The notes below the pieces were generated by a model. That model did not search any database. It was not told the origin of the DNA and was given only the letters and a program-made list of their open reading frames with translations. Source: Anthoceros angustus (taxonomy: Eukaryota; Plantae; Anthocerotophyta). From it: 64,000 bases of DNA. Positions 47,704 through 59,419 of this stretch are shown here, piece by piece. Both the position numbers and the translations under genes were made by a program. Each line of letters begins with the position of its first letter. Position 1 is the first letter of the stretch. The stretch is taken from positions 1 to 64,000 of the forward strand of contig MU008179.1 of assembly GCA_010909165.1 (NCBI GenBank). The letters run 5' to 3'.

Positions 47704-50700
47704 ATGGCTCGCATCAAGCTGTCGAGACCCCCGGCAGCGGTGATCCTTCCTTTGGTTGAAGCGGGTCCTTTGGCGGTGGCACAACCCCGGCTCCACACCG
47801 CAGTCGACCTGAATCTCCACCCTGACGAAAACGATCGCCGCATTGCGGCTTGGGAAGCTCGACGGAAGCGTGGAGTAGCCATCACGCGCGCCCGCCCTCG
47901 GGGCCGACTTCGAATCTGGAGGCCAAGGATGCACCTCCGAGGTATGGGTATCACAGACGCAGTTCCCCTGCAAGCTCGTGTTCGACCTTTGCTGCGCCAG
48001 CCTTCCCCGGCGCCGGGTCTGGAGCCTGTGCCTCTGCCGGTGCCTCCCTGCCCCTCGCTCTGCTCCCCCGCCTGTGCTCGTTCCGCCCGATTTCAGGCAG
48101 TTGCGCGCGCCATCAGCACATCCCCATGTGCTTCCTCTCACTCCACTCCTTCCTCCTCCGCCATATCTTCCTGCCGTGCCCGTTCCTCCCACATCTCGGG
48201 CGTTGCACGTACCGCGGGCTCACCTCGGGGCGGATCCCCCGCCTCCAGCTTCTGCTCCAGGTAAAGCCTACAATGTCTGCTGTCTCCTGCGCAGTTGAAG
48301 TGGATTTTGGATTTGCATTGCACTTGAAAGCCCTGCTCATGATGATCGTTTGCTGGTTGTTTGCCCAACCTGTGCGCAGCGAGGAGAAGCTCTCGTGCCT
48401 TCAGACTAGGCCAATCCAGATCCGGACCTCCCTCAACGACAGCCCCAAAGCCCCTTGGTGGAGGATCACCAGAAGCCCCTGGCCGCAAGAGGAAGCATAC
48501 GGCCAATGCCATTCCAATTGAGAAGGTTTGTGGACTCAAGGAGTGATTTGGGTATTTAGCACACGTCCTGCCTGCCGATTTGCGCAAGCTTAGCTCAAGC
48601 TTGGAACAGTCCGTCGTGAAATGGCTAACTTCATGACCATGTATCTTCACTCCAGCTTGCAATTGTCTGCCGGCAGTTGCTCGTCATGACTGCTGTCTTT
48701 GGCTTAACCTAAAATAATGCGTGCTTTGACGTCTGAGCTTATTTTTTAGTGGCTCAGTTGCACACTCTGCGCGCATCACCGTGATTGATTGATACCTTGT
48801 GCAGGCGGGCGCCACCAAGGACGAGGCTATATCCACATCACCGCCCATTTATCTTCACGGGAGTGCTATGCCCTCCCGTGAAGATGACAGTGGGAAAATA
48901 TTGAATCCAATTCGATGGGCTCACTATCGGGCCCGATCGGGATCGCGAACACCAAGAAGGAGAGCTTCGTCTACATACGCTTCATTCCCCGAGTCCGGAT
49001 CCTCAGTTGCATTCCTGGGGAACCAGCCCATGGGAGCATTCGACCTGAACAAGCCACCGGTACGTGAGCCTATATGCATCTAGATTTTTCTGGAACTATA
49101 GTTAAGGATTTCCGGACGGAATTCTTCAATGTCTCCATAGCCCAGTCTTATTCTTCAGCCGGTGATGAACTTGTATGAATGTGTGCGCATCGTTAAGCTT
49201 GAATTGTCTGCCTCCGTGCCCGCCTGACGAAAATTTTGCAGTTGCGATGTTCTTATGCTCCTCAACGATGTCTGTAGGCTCCAAGCTCGTCTACAGGGCC
49301 TAACGTTGGAGAACACCAAGAAAGCTCTTCATCTTCGAATGTAAGTGTATCCACCAACTCTTCTCAAGCTTGTGCATCTCTGTACTATATAGCTGCATGT
49401 AGTATTGAGGTATCTTTGAGATACTCTGTCGTGGAATTCATGTGTTTCTGCACATCAAGTGATCCTGTAGCAGTAATTCAGGGCGCCGGTATATCGATCC
49501 AGTCTGCAATGTGACTGTCTTTTTTGTTTGTCAATTATGACTTACTCGTTTTCTACATGTTCACGATCATGGCAAGCTTTCAGAATTCCTTCAATAATTC
49601 CTTGTTTTTTGCTGTTTGATCAAGTTCGGCGGAGAGCAGTGCACGCATGTATGCAGTTTTTCATATGCGTGTACTGTGTGCTTTGCAGGCTGGGTATGTC
49701 GATGTGGAGGTACCACCGGCAGCTGACCCAGAAGCCGATGATCGCTCTCTACCTCGGCGTGACCTGTCCCTCCAGGTAATTACGCGGGTTCTCGACCTCA
49801 ATGCGCCTCCCATGGCCACCACTCCACTGCAAGGCCGAGGCAGAAATGATCGGTCTTCATGGGACAGGCTCCCGGCTGGCCTGTTCAACGGCCTGCCGGG
49901 GACGACACTAGCAGCAGCGGAGAGGACAGGACCCCTGTCGTTTTACTTAAGGTATGCCATCAGGGAGAGAACCTGGCTGCAAGACAACCAGGTGGCACTT
50001 ACCAGAGGACAATGCTGCCCACCAAAAGACATGCAGCCCAAGTCAAGGAAGATGGAATCCCGTAAGTCACAATTTCAGGGCGTAAATTTCTATCGTCGCA
50101 CCAACAGATGGGAGGCACACATATGGTATGTGACCCACAGGCTACCCTTCAAGCTTGTCACCAATGGTTTCTTTGACCTTGCAAATGTTATGCATGTATG
50201 TAAATTTGTCGGGTGCGTAGGAAGCGCTAACATGAATCTTTTGTTTTCTTGGAATTTTGTAGGGAGACACCAAAAAAGCAAAATGGAAAACAGCAATATC
50301 TTGGTAAGCTTTCGTGCCCCAGTTTATAAGCAGATTGTATCTTCATAACATACATAAGATCTCAAACCTTTCATTCGCTGCTGGGTCTACCTTTCATTCG
50401 CTGCTGGGTCTGGTAATTCTAACACTTGGCTGGAATGCACTCCACATTTATTCATCAGGTTCATGTTACAACGAGCTAGAAGCTGCAAGGTGAGAACTAA
50501 TTCACATGGATATCATCCTTGGTTTAAGTGGTGGTTACTAAAACATATATTTACATCAAAATATGCAGACATTACGACAGAGGTTCCCTAAAATTTCGCG
50601 GACCAGAAGCTCCCATAAATTTCAAGTCATGCTCCTACGACGATTGCATCACAAAGGTCTGCTTTACTTTTTGCTTTTGTTAGGCTAAGGGTTAGGTTGA

Positions 50701-52133
50701 CACCTTACTTCAGCTTATGGGTCATTTGTTTTCAAGCATAAAGTTTTGAAGAGATTTTGTAACTATCATATATATTTGATGTCCTACAGATTGATTTAAT
50801 GAGCAAAGATCAATTTCTTGAATGGTCCCGATGCATGGCAAGACGCTGTCTGGCTTCACAGTTTTTTGGCACAAGATTTGATGCATTTAGAAGCAAGTGG
50901 AAGGCGGAGTATAAGATTCAAAATCCTATCGCCAAGAAGTAAGAAACTATATCTTTCCTACATGTATTGTTAAGTTTATAAAAATTATTATTATTTATCA
51001 TATTTATATGTTATTTCTAGGGATGGTACCTTGAATCGAGGCTTCCACGATACTGAAGAAGAAGCTGCACGGTATGTATAACGTTTATGTGTAGGTTATT
51101 TGAGCAAATATATATGATGTTGTTTTGATAAATAAATTGTGTATGCGGGATCGTAACCAATTCTTTTTTCCTAGTTTCTAATTTACTACACTTTCGTTAA
51201 CATGTTTATTTTTCAATATGATTCTAGAGCATATGACATAGTATCTATTGAAGTTAGTGGAGCTAATGCCATCACCAATTATGATATCAGCGAATACAAT
51301 ATTGCTTCCATCTTGAGTGGATCGCAATTGAACCGTAATGGTGAATCATTGAAACTTATAGCTTTTGAATTGTCAATGTGAAAATACTTGAGGAGGACAT
51401 ATTACTCAAAACATCTATCTTAACGTGGTCATTGAAATGCTCAGGTTTGCACCGTCAAGAACAAGAGCAAGCATTGGAACAAGTCCATTTGTCACATGAT
51501 GCAAGTGTGAAGAATTGTAGAGGTAATATTTGTTTGTTGACTTCAATTATAAGTGTGAATAATAATTTTTCAATCGATCTCTTATCCAACTTTGTTTTTC
51601 GTTTTAAAGGAGGGGAACCTAGAAGGCGCAATAATAAAGGCAAGGAAAAGGTAACAAGTAATGAAGTGAGAGCTTCAAGTCACATTTGGCCTGTTGTGAA
51701 TTATGACCCGTATATTGCACAATGTCACCAACTTGAGTCTGGACAATCAGACCCAACATTGACACTGGCCATTGCTGCAAATGCTTACAATACTACTCAG
51801 TGCGGACAACTTGCTTCACCCCAGGCTATGATACTTGCTTCGCCCCAGGCTATGATACTTGCTTCACCCCAGGCTATGACATTACGATCAAGAGGAGCGC
51901 TTGCGCAAGGCAATGTATCCTTGAAATCTCAATCTACAAAGGTATTGAAGCTTGGAGGAAGTGATGACCCTAGAGCAGATTTGATGGCTAGGTTCCATGG
52001 AACAAGTATTGGAGGCGCTTTTGAACAGGGTGAGGCAAGTGAAACTTTAGGGAGAAAAAGACGTCTAAGCACAGCAATCAATATCCTGCGATGGACTACA
52101 AAGAAGAGTAGATATTGGCGTCCCGGTAGCTAA
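47704..52133 (+). CDS. Divergent double-AP2-domain transcription factor (AP2 subfamily) with three DLNxxP EAR motifs, ~844 aa
   Basis: Exons 47704-48260, 48380-48525, 48805-49059, 49278-49340, 49689-50125, 50263-50303, 50459-50489, 50569-50656, 50790-50938, 51021-51071, 51228-51340, 51445-51522, 51610-52133. Phases are compatible if two C's are restored in C-runs near 48045-48070. R1: SQFQGVNFYRRTNRWEAHIW..YLG..EAARHYDR..KFRG..INF. R2 ends DTEEEAARAYDIVSI..AITNY. Confidence 0.85.
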
Positions 52134-52784
52134 CCTCTCCTTCTCGTAACGTTGTTCTTTCATATTTGAAATCCTGATATATGTATGTAGCTATATTATG
52201 TGTAAGATTTTGAAATCATTTATTATTTATTCATGCATCTTCAATTTTATTTCTATGAAACAGGCAATCGCTGGCTTCAAAACACAATCTATTTAACTCA
52301 CCAAAAAAATACAATGCACTTGTGGGGCCTCCTAATCCCAGATTGTGCCGCCGATCTAGGCCTTGAGGTTTACATCATATTTATTAATAATTTAAAATTT
52401 ATTTTAATTTGATACTTCGGCACTCCACTACATCCATCCTTCCACAGCCCACCTGTTAATAAACATATACGCCATAAATACATAGTAAAAAGGGATAGGA
52501 ACAAGATAATATATGGTCGGGTAACTTCATGTATACATACCAGTAAGGGCCGTTCTTATTATGTATTTATGCCATTAATTAGGGTAATTTTGAAATAAAT
52601 CTTTTGCCACCATACTCACAGATCCGTGTAGGGTTTTTCCGTGATTCAACGTTCAACTCTCACCGTAACAACTGGTATAAAAGCCATATCAAGAATTGAT
52701 AATGCTACTAAGGTGGCACGGGATGGGACACATTTAAGAGTAGAATCCCACGTGAGTTCCTTTTAGACCTGTCACGTCCTGCCA

Positions 52785-53140
52785 CGGTGGTAGTGATACT
52801 CTATTGTGGTAGTAGAAATATTCCACCACGGAATGGTATTATACCATAATGGTAGAAATATTTCATCGTGAGATTTAAAAATATTTAATTATATACTACA
52901 ATAATTTCACTATAGTTGTAAAACTATTTCATTATAGTAATAAAAATATTTCATTATACTAGTAGAAATATTTCACTATAGTGATAAAAAATATAATATG
53001 ATAGTAAAAATATTTTATTATTTTAATAAATATATTTCATATATTGATATATTTTATTATGGTAATAAAAATATTTCATGACTATTTTATCATAATAATA
53101 AAATTATTTCACTATGATAGTGAAAATATTTCACCGTGGT
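52785..53140. repeat. Degenerate AT-rich ~21-bp repeats (possible DNA transposon subterminal array)
   Basis: Recurring 'aaatatttcactatagt.gta' variants. Confidence 0.55.
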
Positions 53141-55084
53141 TGTTCATCTCTTACCGTTCTTAAGTTAGTGATATCTGCTACCAGAGTTAGTTCAACTTAC
53201 TACGCACTGCATCCACTATGACTTCCATACACGCATTATCCTCCTTTCCTCTCATCTCATCATCTCACTCTCATCATCGCTTCACATAATCCACTCATCA
53301 AAGCCACTACTTCTCACAACCCACCACGAATCAATTAATTCAATAAACTTCATCTAATACCCAAACGGACTATTACTATAAGTTTAGGATCGAGGGGTTT
53401 TGCCGTCTAGTCGCCACCGGCTGAGAGTTTCTCTTGAACCAGTTGCCCTCTGTTAGCACCTAGCACGAGTACGCCAAGGTTAGTGGTTCCCCTAAGAGCT
53501 GCTTCACAATGAGGGAGCACTAGTCACCATGGAGGTTGTCAACCAAACACAAGCACAAACCAAAACACAAGGAACAATCTTTCACAAGACGAGGTCCTCT
53601 GCGTCTGTGTAGAAAGGGGTTTCTCCTGTCAAAAGGGGTTTTGGTAAAAATCCCAACCCTATTTCGCCGAAAACTCAAGTTGGTTTGGTTTTTGTTATTT
53701 TTTGTAGGTGTTCATCCATCGGTTTCTGGCATTTGCAGCTCCGGTGCCACTTCCTGTCAAGTCATTTACACCAAGCTGGCGCCTTCTAATCAGATTCATG
53801 GCGATTTAGTCGGCGTGATGAAGGGTCAGTGACCTCATTGTTCCATAATTTCGTCATGTCTGTAGTTTCCGCATTTTATGTGGTTCTCTATGTTTTTGTA
53901 TTCTAGGGGGGGCCTAAGCGCGCACAATCCTTTTGGAGGTCTGAGGATGTGCCGGAACTCCCGACGAAATAACAAGTAGCAGACATCGGCGGAGGTTCAC
54001 CTAGACCGCTCTCATATATCTATCCTGTGCCTATTGCGACGAAGAATACCCTATCCCCTTTTCATCCTTTACAATGTTTCCATCTCTTTCGGCGGTGACC
54101 TAGTACCGGGTTATCATCAAACATGCCAGGGGGGCCCAGCTGGGTGAACAAGTGCATGCACCAAGGGGCAAGGGGGCCCAGGTGTGCGCACTTGTGTGCG
54201 CACCCAAGGTCAAGAAGGGCCTAGGAGCATGAACCCATATGGTTCATGCCTCCTAGTGCATTCCCAGACGGTTCATCCAAGAAAAAAAGAGCAAAAAATC
54301 TAAAAAATCCCAAAAAAATCTCAAAAAAGTCCAATTTTTTTGGGCAAGTGCGTGCACTTGCTCTAAAATTTTGATATTGTTTTGAATTCTTTGATAATTT
54401 TTTGATATTTTTGTTGTTTTAAAGGGTTCCTTTCGACGTTTTCAACCTTTTTTGTGCACCTCCCTAATGTGGATGTGTTCTTATCTTTACTTAGCCCTCA
54501 TCTTCTTTCTAGTGGTTAAGACTTTGAACTAGTAGTGACAACCTTTTGCATCTTTTGAATCTTGAGATGTTTAGTGTGGGCCCAGCTCCAAGTGCAGACC
54601 ATGCCACTCTCATTCTCGCACTGCACGCGGATCACTAGCATCAGGTCAATGATGATATTATTGTCCCAATGTCTAAGAAACAAAGTCCTATAAAATTTCT
54701 AAAGCGAGAGTATAATCTTAGGATTGACTGGTATGAATGAAAGGTTGGTGCGCAAACTTGTTTGCGCACCAGAATTACAGCAAGCCCTAAAAACTCTAAA
54801 TGTTTGTATACGTACGTGCCGATTGTGAGAATGACCTTCTTTTAGGAAGGCTCAGAATTGGATAAAGTTTAAAATCAAATACGTTTGTGCACGCGTAAAC
54901 AAGACCTAAACTCTTCAAAACGGCCGTTTCAGTGCGAATTTTTTAGCATGGAATTTGGGGTTTGCGGAAGTCCGAGTGCAAAAAGGGGTTCTTGGAGAAA
55001 CCCCTTTCTACTCAGACGCTGTTAGGAGCTTGCTTGGGAGCTGGAAAGATAGCTAAATCCAAGAGAAACACACACCATGAGTCA

Positions 55085-55590
55085 TCGACATCACTTCAAG
55101 CAATTACAAGCCCTGGAACAGTCTATCACTGTTGCCTTAACCTTATTTTGTAGACGTACACACGGGACACCACAAGAGTTGTCACTTCAAGCAATTACAA
55201 GCCCTGGAACAGACTATCACTGCTGCCTTAACCTTGTTTTGTAGAGTACACATGGGACACCACAAGAGTCGTCACTTCAGCAATTACAAGCCCTTAACCT
55301 TGTTTTGTAGACGTACACACGGGACACCACAAGAGTTGTCACTTCAAGCAATTACAAGCCCTGGAACAGACTATCACTGCTGCCTTAACCTTGTTTTGTA
55401 GAGTACACATGGGACACCACAAGAGTCGTCACTTCAGCAATTACAAGCCCTTAACCTTGTTTTGTAGACGTACACACGGGACACCACAAGAGTCGTCACT
55501 TCAAGCAATTACAAGCCCTTAACCTTGTTTTGTAGACGTACACATGTGACACCACAATAGTCGTCACTTCAAGCAATTACAAGCCCTCAA
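55085..55590. repeat. Minisatellite with mixed ~90 and ~67 bp units
   Basis: 'cacttca(a)gcaattacaagccc' occurs seven times. Short units lack 'tggaacagactatcactgctgcc'. Confidence 0.92.
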
Positions 55591-55629
55591 CGGACGGACT
55601 ACCAATCTTTTGATGATGCACAAGATGTC

Positions 55630-55695
55630 AATTCACCACTTGAACAAAGAATATGGCTCTATTGGTATGACACATAGCCGGAAATTCCCAAGGTG
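55630..55695 (-). pseudogene. TTC1 exon-2 fragment; further degenerate echoes at ~56590-56720
   Basis: WEFPAMCHTNRAIFFVQV compared with WRELRAMCHSNRAICFLQL at 23768-23825. Confidence 0.65.
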
Positions 55696-55779
55696 GTTTA
55701 TTGATTGAACGGTCATAGTCCATACTCAGCATATTGCCAGAATGGTATGGACCAGAAATCCCTGCGGCTCTATGCTGCG

Positions 55780-56250
55780 ATGTAACAAAAAGGCATGGCT
55801 TTACCTGATTCCGTGACATTTGTGTGCCTCCTGCAGGCTTGCGCGAGAGGGCAAGGATCTCCATGCTCGAATTAGGCCAGGAGGACATGAAGGTGATGTG
55901 TTTGTAGCCAACAGTTTAGTGAACATGTATGCAAAGTGTGGTTGCTTGGACGATGCTCAGAGAGCATTTGATGCTAGACTTCGTCGGAAAGATGTAGTGA
56001 CGTGGACTGCCATGATAGCAGGATTCCCAGAAGGGTACATGGAGCTATAGGCCCTTCGTGTACAAGATTATGCAAGAATTTGGCATGGCCGTAACCAATT
56101 TCAGAACATTTTCCCCTGTTGCGAGGCATGTGCAAGTGTGGGCACCCATCGAAAGGGAAGCACCTTCATATGCGATTAGAGAACAAGGACATGAAGATGA
56201 TGAGTTCGTAGCCAGCAGTCTGGCGAACATGTATGCCAAGCTTGGCTACT
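55780..56250 (+). pseudogene. PLS-class pentatricopeptide repeat fragment
   Basis: PDSVTFVCLLQAC, GKDLHARI, DVFVANSLVNMYAKCGCLDDA, DVVTWTAMIAG and DEFVASSLANMYAK. Frameshifts and stops present. Confidence 0.88.
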
Positions 56251-58124
56251 CTTCTTACCAAGTCCGTGTGCCTCCTCCAGGCCTCCACAACACATCAAGA
56301 CAGATAAACCTTTCTCAACGCCAGAGCATGGACGCGGCTGGCCTCTATACCGCGTCCTTCAAAGACCTTTCCAAAAGGGACACGAAAACAACACGCCCTC
56401 TTTGCACGAGAACTTCCAAAGCCTTATGAAAGCGGCCTCCACAGCCTGTTTACTCACACTCACGCTCCTATCGTCACCTGCATGCCGCTAATATTTTGCC
56501 TGCCATCCCACCGAAGCGTGGGGTCCCCAGAAATTTGCCCACATAAATCCTCTTGGCCACTACCATGGCTTCTGTTGCTGCTGCGGTCTGATTGAAAGGA
56601 CATATAGCCATATTTCTATATAATGATATAGGTTTATCGATCGAATGGACATATGGCTATATTTTTATATAATGATATAGCCCGCAGTTCCTTGATTGCT
56701 TTGACACACACATAGCCTACAAATCTCAAGCTCGTTTTGCAAATCTCAAGCTGATTTACGAATGCATATGACAGCCTACATTGCTATGACGTCACATACC
56801 GCTCAATTTTCTACGTTGTAACAAATTGAAGAATTTCGAAAGGATACGGCTCTATTCCTTTTACATTAAGTTGCAATGATTCCAAAGCTGAGGTTTTACC
56901 AAGTGAAGAAAACATATACATTTCAAGCTGTTTATAACCAACTGCAAAATGCATATGATCTAAATAAGGTTTGAAAATAACATATTAGTTTGCATCATGC
57001 TCTTTAATAAGTTTATTTTACTTGTATGTAGTGTCAAAATGGCTTAATGGTGATATGTGAAAAAATAACCTACCGATCACACGTATGAGAACCATGGGTT
57101 GCGAGGGTGCTATGTATGTGCGTAACAATGGGCCAATTGATAACATCAAGGTTGTTTATGTCCTTCCTATCCAAGTACTCAAAAGCATCTCGTATAGCGC
57201 AAACAACCTAGATAAAGTTAACCCCTAGGGTGAAGTTGCTACACTGACCATGACCATTATGTACATGAATCACAAGGTTGTATTTCAAGACGCATGCTAT
57301 TGTACATTATTGTATTATTGCATAACATGCACACTACTACGTACATACATAGAGTGTGTGTGAGTCAAGCCTGTGAAAACCCATGTGCATTGGAAGAGAG
57401 AAAGTCAGTGGACCACAAAGAACCTTGATGACGAAATTCCAGAAGCAAGCTATGTATGTACATATTGTACAATACAGCGCACATGCACACTATGTACATA
57501 CAAAAAGAGAGTTGAGATTCCGTGAAAAGCCATACTCGATGAGAGAGAGTTCATGAACCACAAATTAATAAACAACCTTGATGACATAATTCAGGAAGCA
57601 AGCTAAGTGCATTATCATATGTACATATTGAATTGTATTGCAAGCATGCACATTATGTACTAAGAGTGCTAAGTGCATTATCATATGTACATATTGAATT
57701 GTATTGCAAGCATGCACATTATGTACTAAGAGTGTTCCTCAAAGGAAACTTGCACTGGGAGAGAGACGTGAAAAATCACTCCTGCTAAAAGAGAGTTAAT
57801 GAAAACATGCATGGATTGATCATCCGGTAGAGCAACCATCCATAGGGTATGTGCAACCATGCATAGAGTCATATGCAATCATGCATAGAATCATGTGTAA
57901 CCGTGTATAGAATTATGTGCAATGGTTTTTCGTTATCCTTCCTGGTTCACTTCATGTTCATGTGACAAAAGTTTTGGATAATCGGTTTACCCATTGTGGT
58001 TTCTCTAAATTGTTGTTTCTTTTTTATACTTGTTTTATCAAAAATATATAGTATTGTGACTTGATGTTGGGATGCTGTAGGAAGCTTCGGTAAGTAGAAA
58101 ACATTGCATTGGAGAAAATTTTAA

Positions 58125-58620
58125 AAAGCATCTTGGCAATCAGGGAATAGCCCTAACTTGGGTTAGAAACAAAGTTAAATTAAGCTATAGGCTGATCACT
58201 CTGTTACAAGTGAATATTTCGGGTTGCCGAGAGAGATCTAGAGGGAGGGAGGTTAAGAAGAGAGAGGGCTGCCGGTAGGAAAGAGAGCACGGACACAGCT
58301 TTGCGAGGGGAGGAGAGGAGAGATGGAACACACATGTACAGAGGGCTCCTCCTAGATGGGCTTTTCCCATCGTTTTTTCACCTCAATAAAATCTTCATTC
58401 ATGTACAGAGGGTGCTAGTTACATCACTGCATTCCGTTTGCAAGCGCTAGCCGATTGCGGGTAAAGAGTGTCTTCGTGTTTTGTAAGCGCTAGCCGATTG
58501 CGGGTAAAGAGTGTCTTCGTGTTTTGTAAGCACTAGCCGATTGCGGGTAAAGAGTGTCTTCGTGTTTTGTAAGCACTAGCCGATTGCGAGTAAAGAGTGT
58601 CTTCGTGTTTGCAAGCGCCC
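58125..58620 (+). repeat. Truncated cassette 5' end with a 43-bp unit repeated four times (58442-58617)
   Basis: Matches 43820-44120. The repeat unit spans the 5' UTR donor 'ggtaaag'. Confidence 0.8.
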
Positions 58621-59005
58621 AGCTGGATCTCTATGCGGTAACTGCCGGAAGGGTGGATCTCTCTGGAAATAAGCTAAATGGTAGCATTCTTGCCGCGGTA
58701 CCTAGCTTCTGAATCTTCTAACTCTCTATACATTTGCAAGGTAAAACACAAGTGATATACTGATGAGTGTGCAATGTGTAAATTTTGCTATCAAGAATAA
58801 GACATATAAAATAATATTATAAAGTTCTTTCTGATACTTATTTTATCAAAACATATAATATTTTGACTTAATGCAAGGATGCTCTTGCAAGCCCTTTGGG
58901 TTACTTGAAAAAATTGCATGGAATAAAAAAGTACCTTAGGCGATGGGAACAACCATAACCTGGGTTAGAAGGCATGTTAAATTGCAATGTGCAAAATTGG
59001 CAGCC

Positions 59006-59185
59006 GTAGCTACATGGCACCAGAGATAGCTCTAACGTGGTGCAAAGTTTGAAGTAGCTACATGGCACCCGAGATAGCTCTAACGTGGTGCAAAGTTTGA
59101 AGTAGCTACATGGCACCAGAGATAGCTCTAACGTGGTGCAAAGTTTGAAGTAGCTACATGGCACAAGAGATAGCTCTAACGTGGT
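59006..59185. repeat. 48-bp tandem repeat, nearly four copies
   Basis: Unit 'gtagctacatggcaccagagatagctctaacgtggtgcaaagtttgaa'. Confidence 0.92.
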
Positions 59186-59419
59186 GGCATTGAGAGTTTC
59201 CTCTTTGGCTTTCAATGATGTAAGTGAAGTTTGATGCCTTGTGTAGCATGTAGAGTTTCTCTTTGGCTTTCAATGTAGGTTTTCCATTATGTAAGTTACT
59301 ATAGTAGAAGAATATATTAATATATTAAAAATATACAGTAGAAGAATATATGCTAGATTCCATTGATATATATATATGAAATTTTACCAAAAAACAAATC
59401 GCGATCAATGGCTGATTAC

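Larger units (their letters stand above)
43100..52140 (+). repeat. Cassette copy C (most complete)
   Basis: Left flank 43110-43300 matches 33855-34030. Contains the orphan ORF, the full middle block and the full AP2 gene. Confidence 0.9.

Noticed and set aside
51378-51609. Start of the 251-aa ORF 51378..52133 as a separate gene
   Set aside because: It is the last two AP2 exons read through an in-frame intron.
55085-55590. CRISPR-like regularly spaced repeats
   Set aside because: The intervening sequences are themselves repeated, so there are no unique spacers. No cas genes, and the context is eukaryotic. This is a minisatellite.
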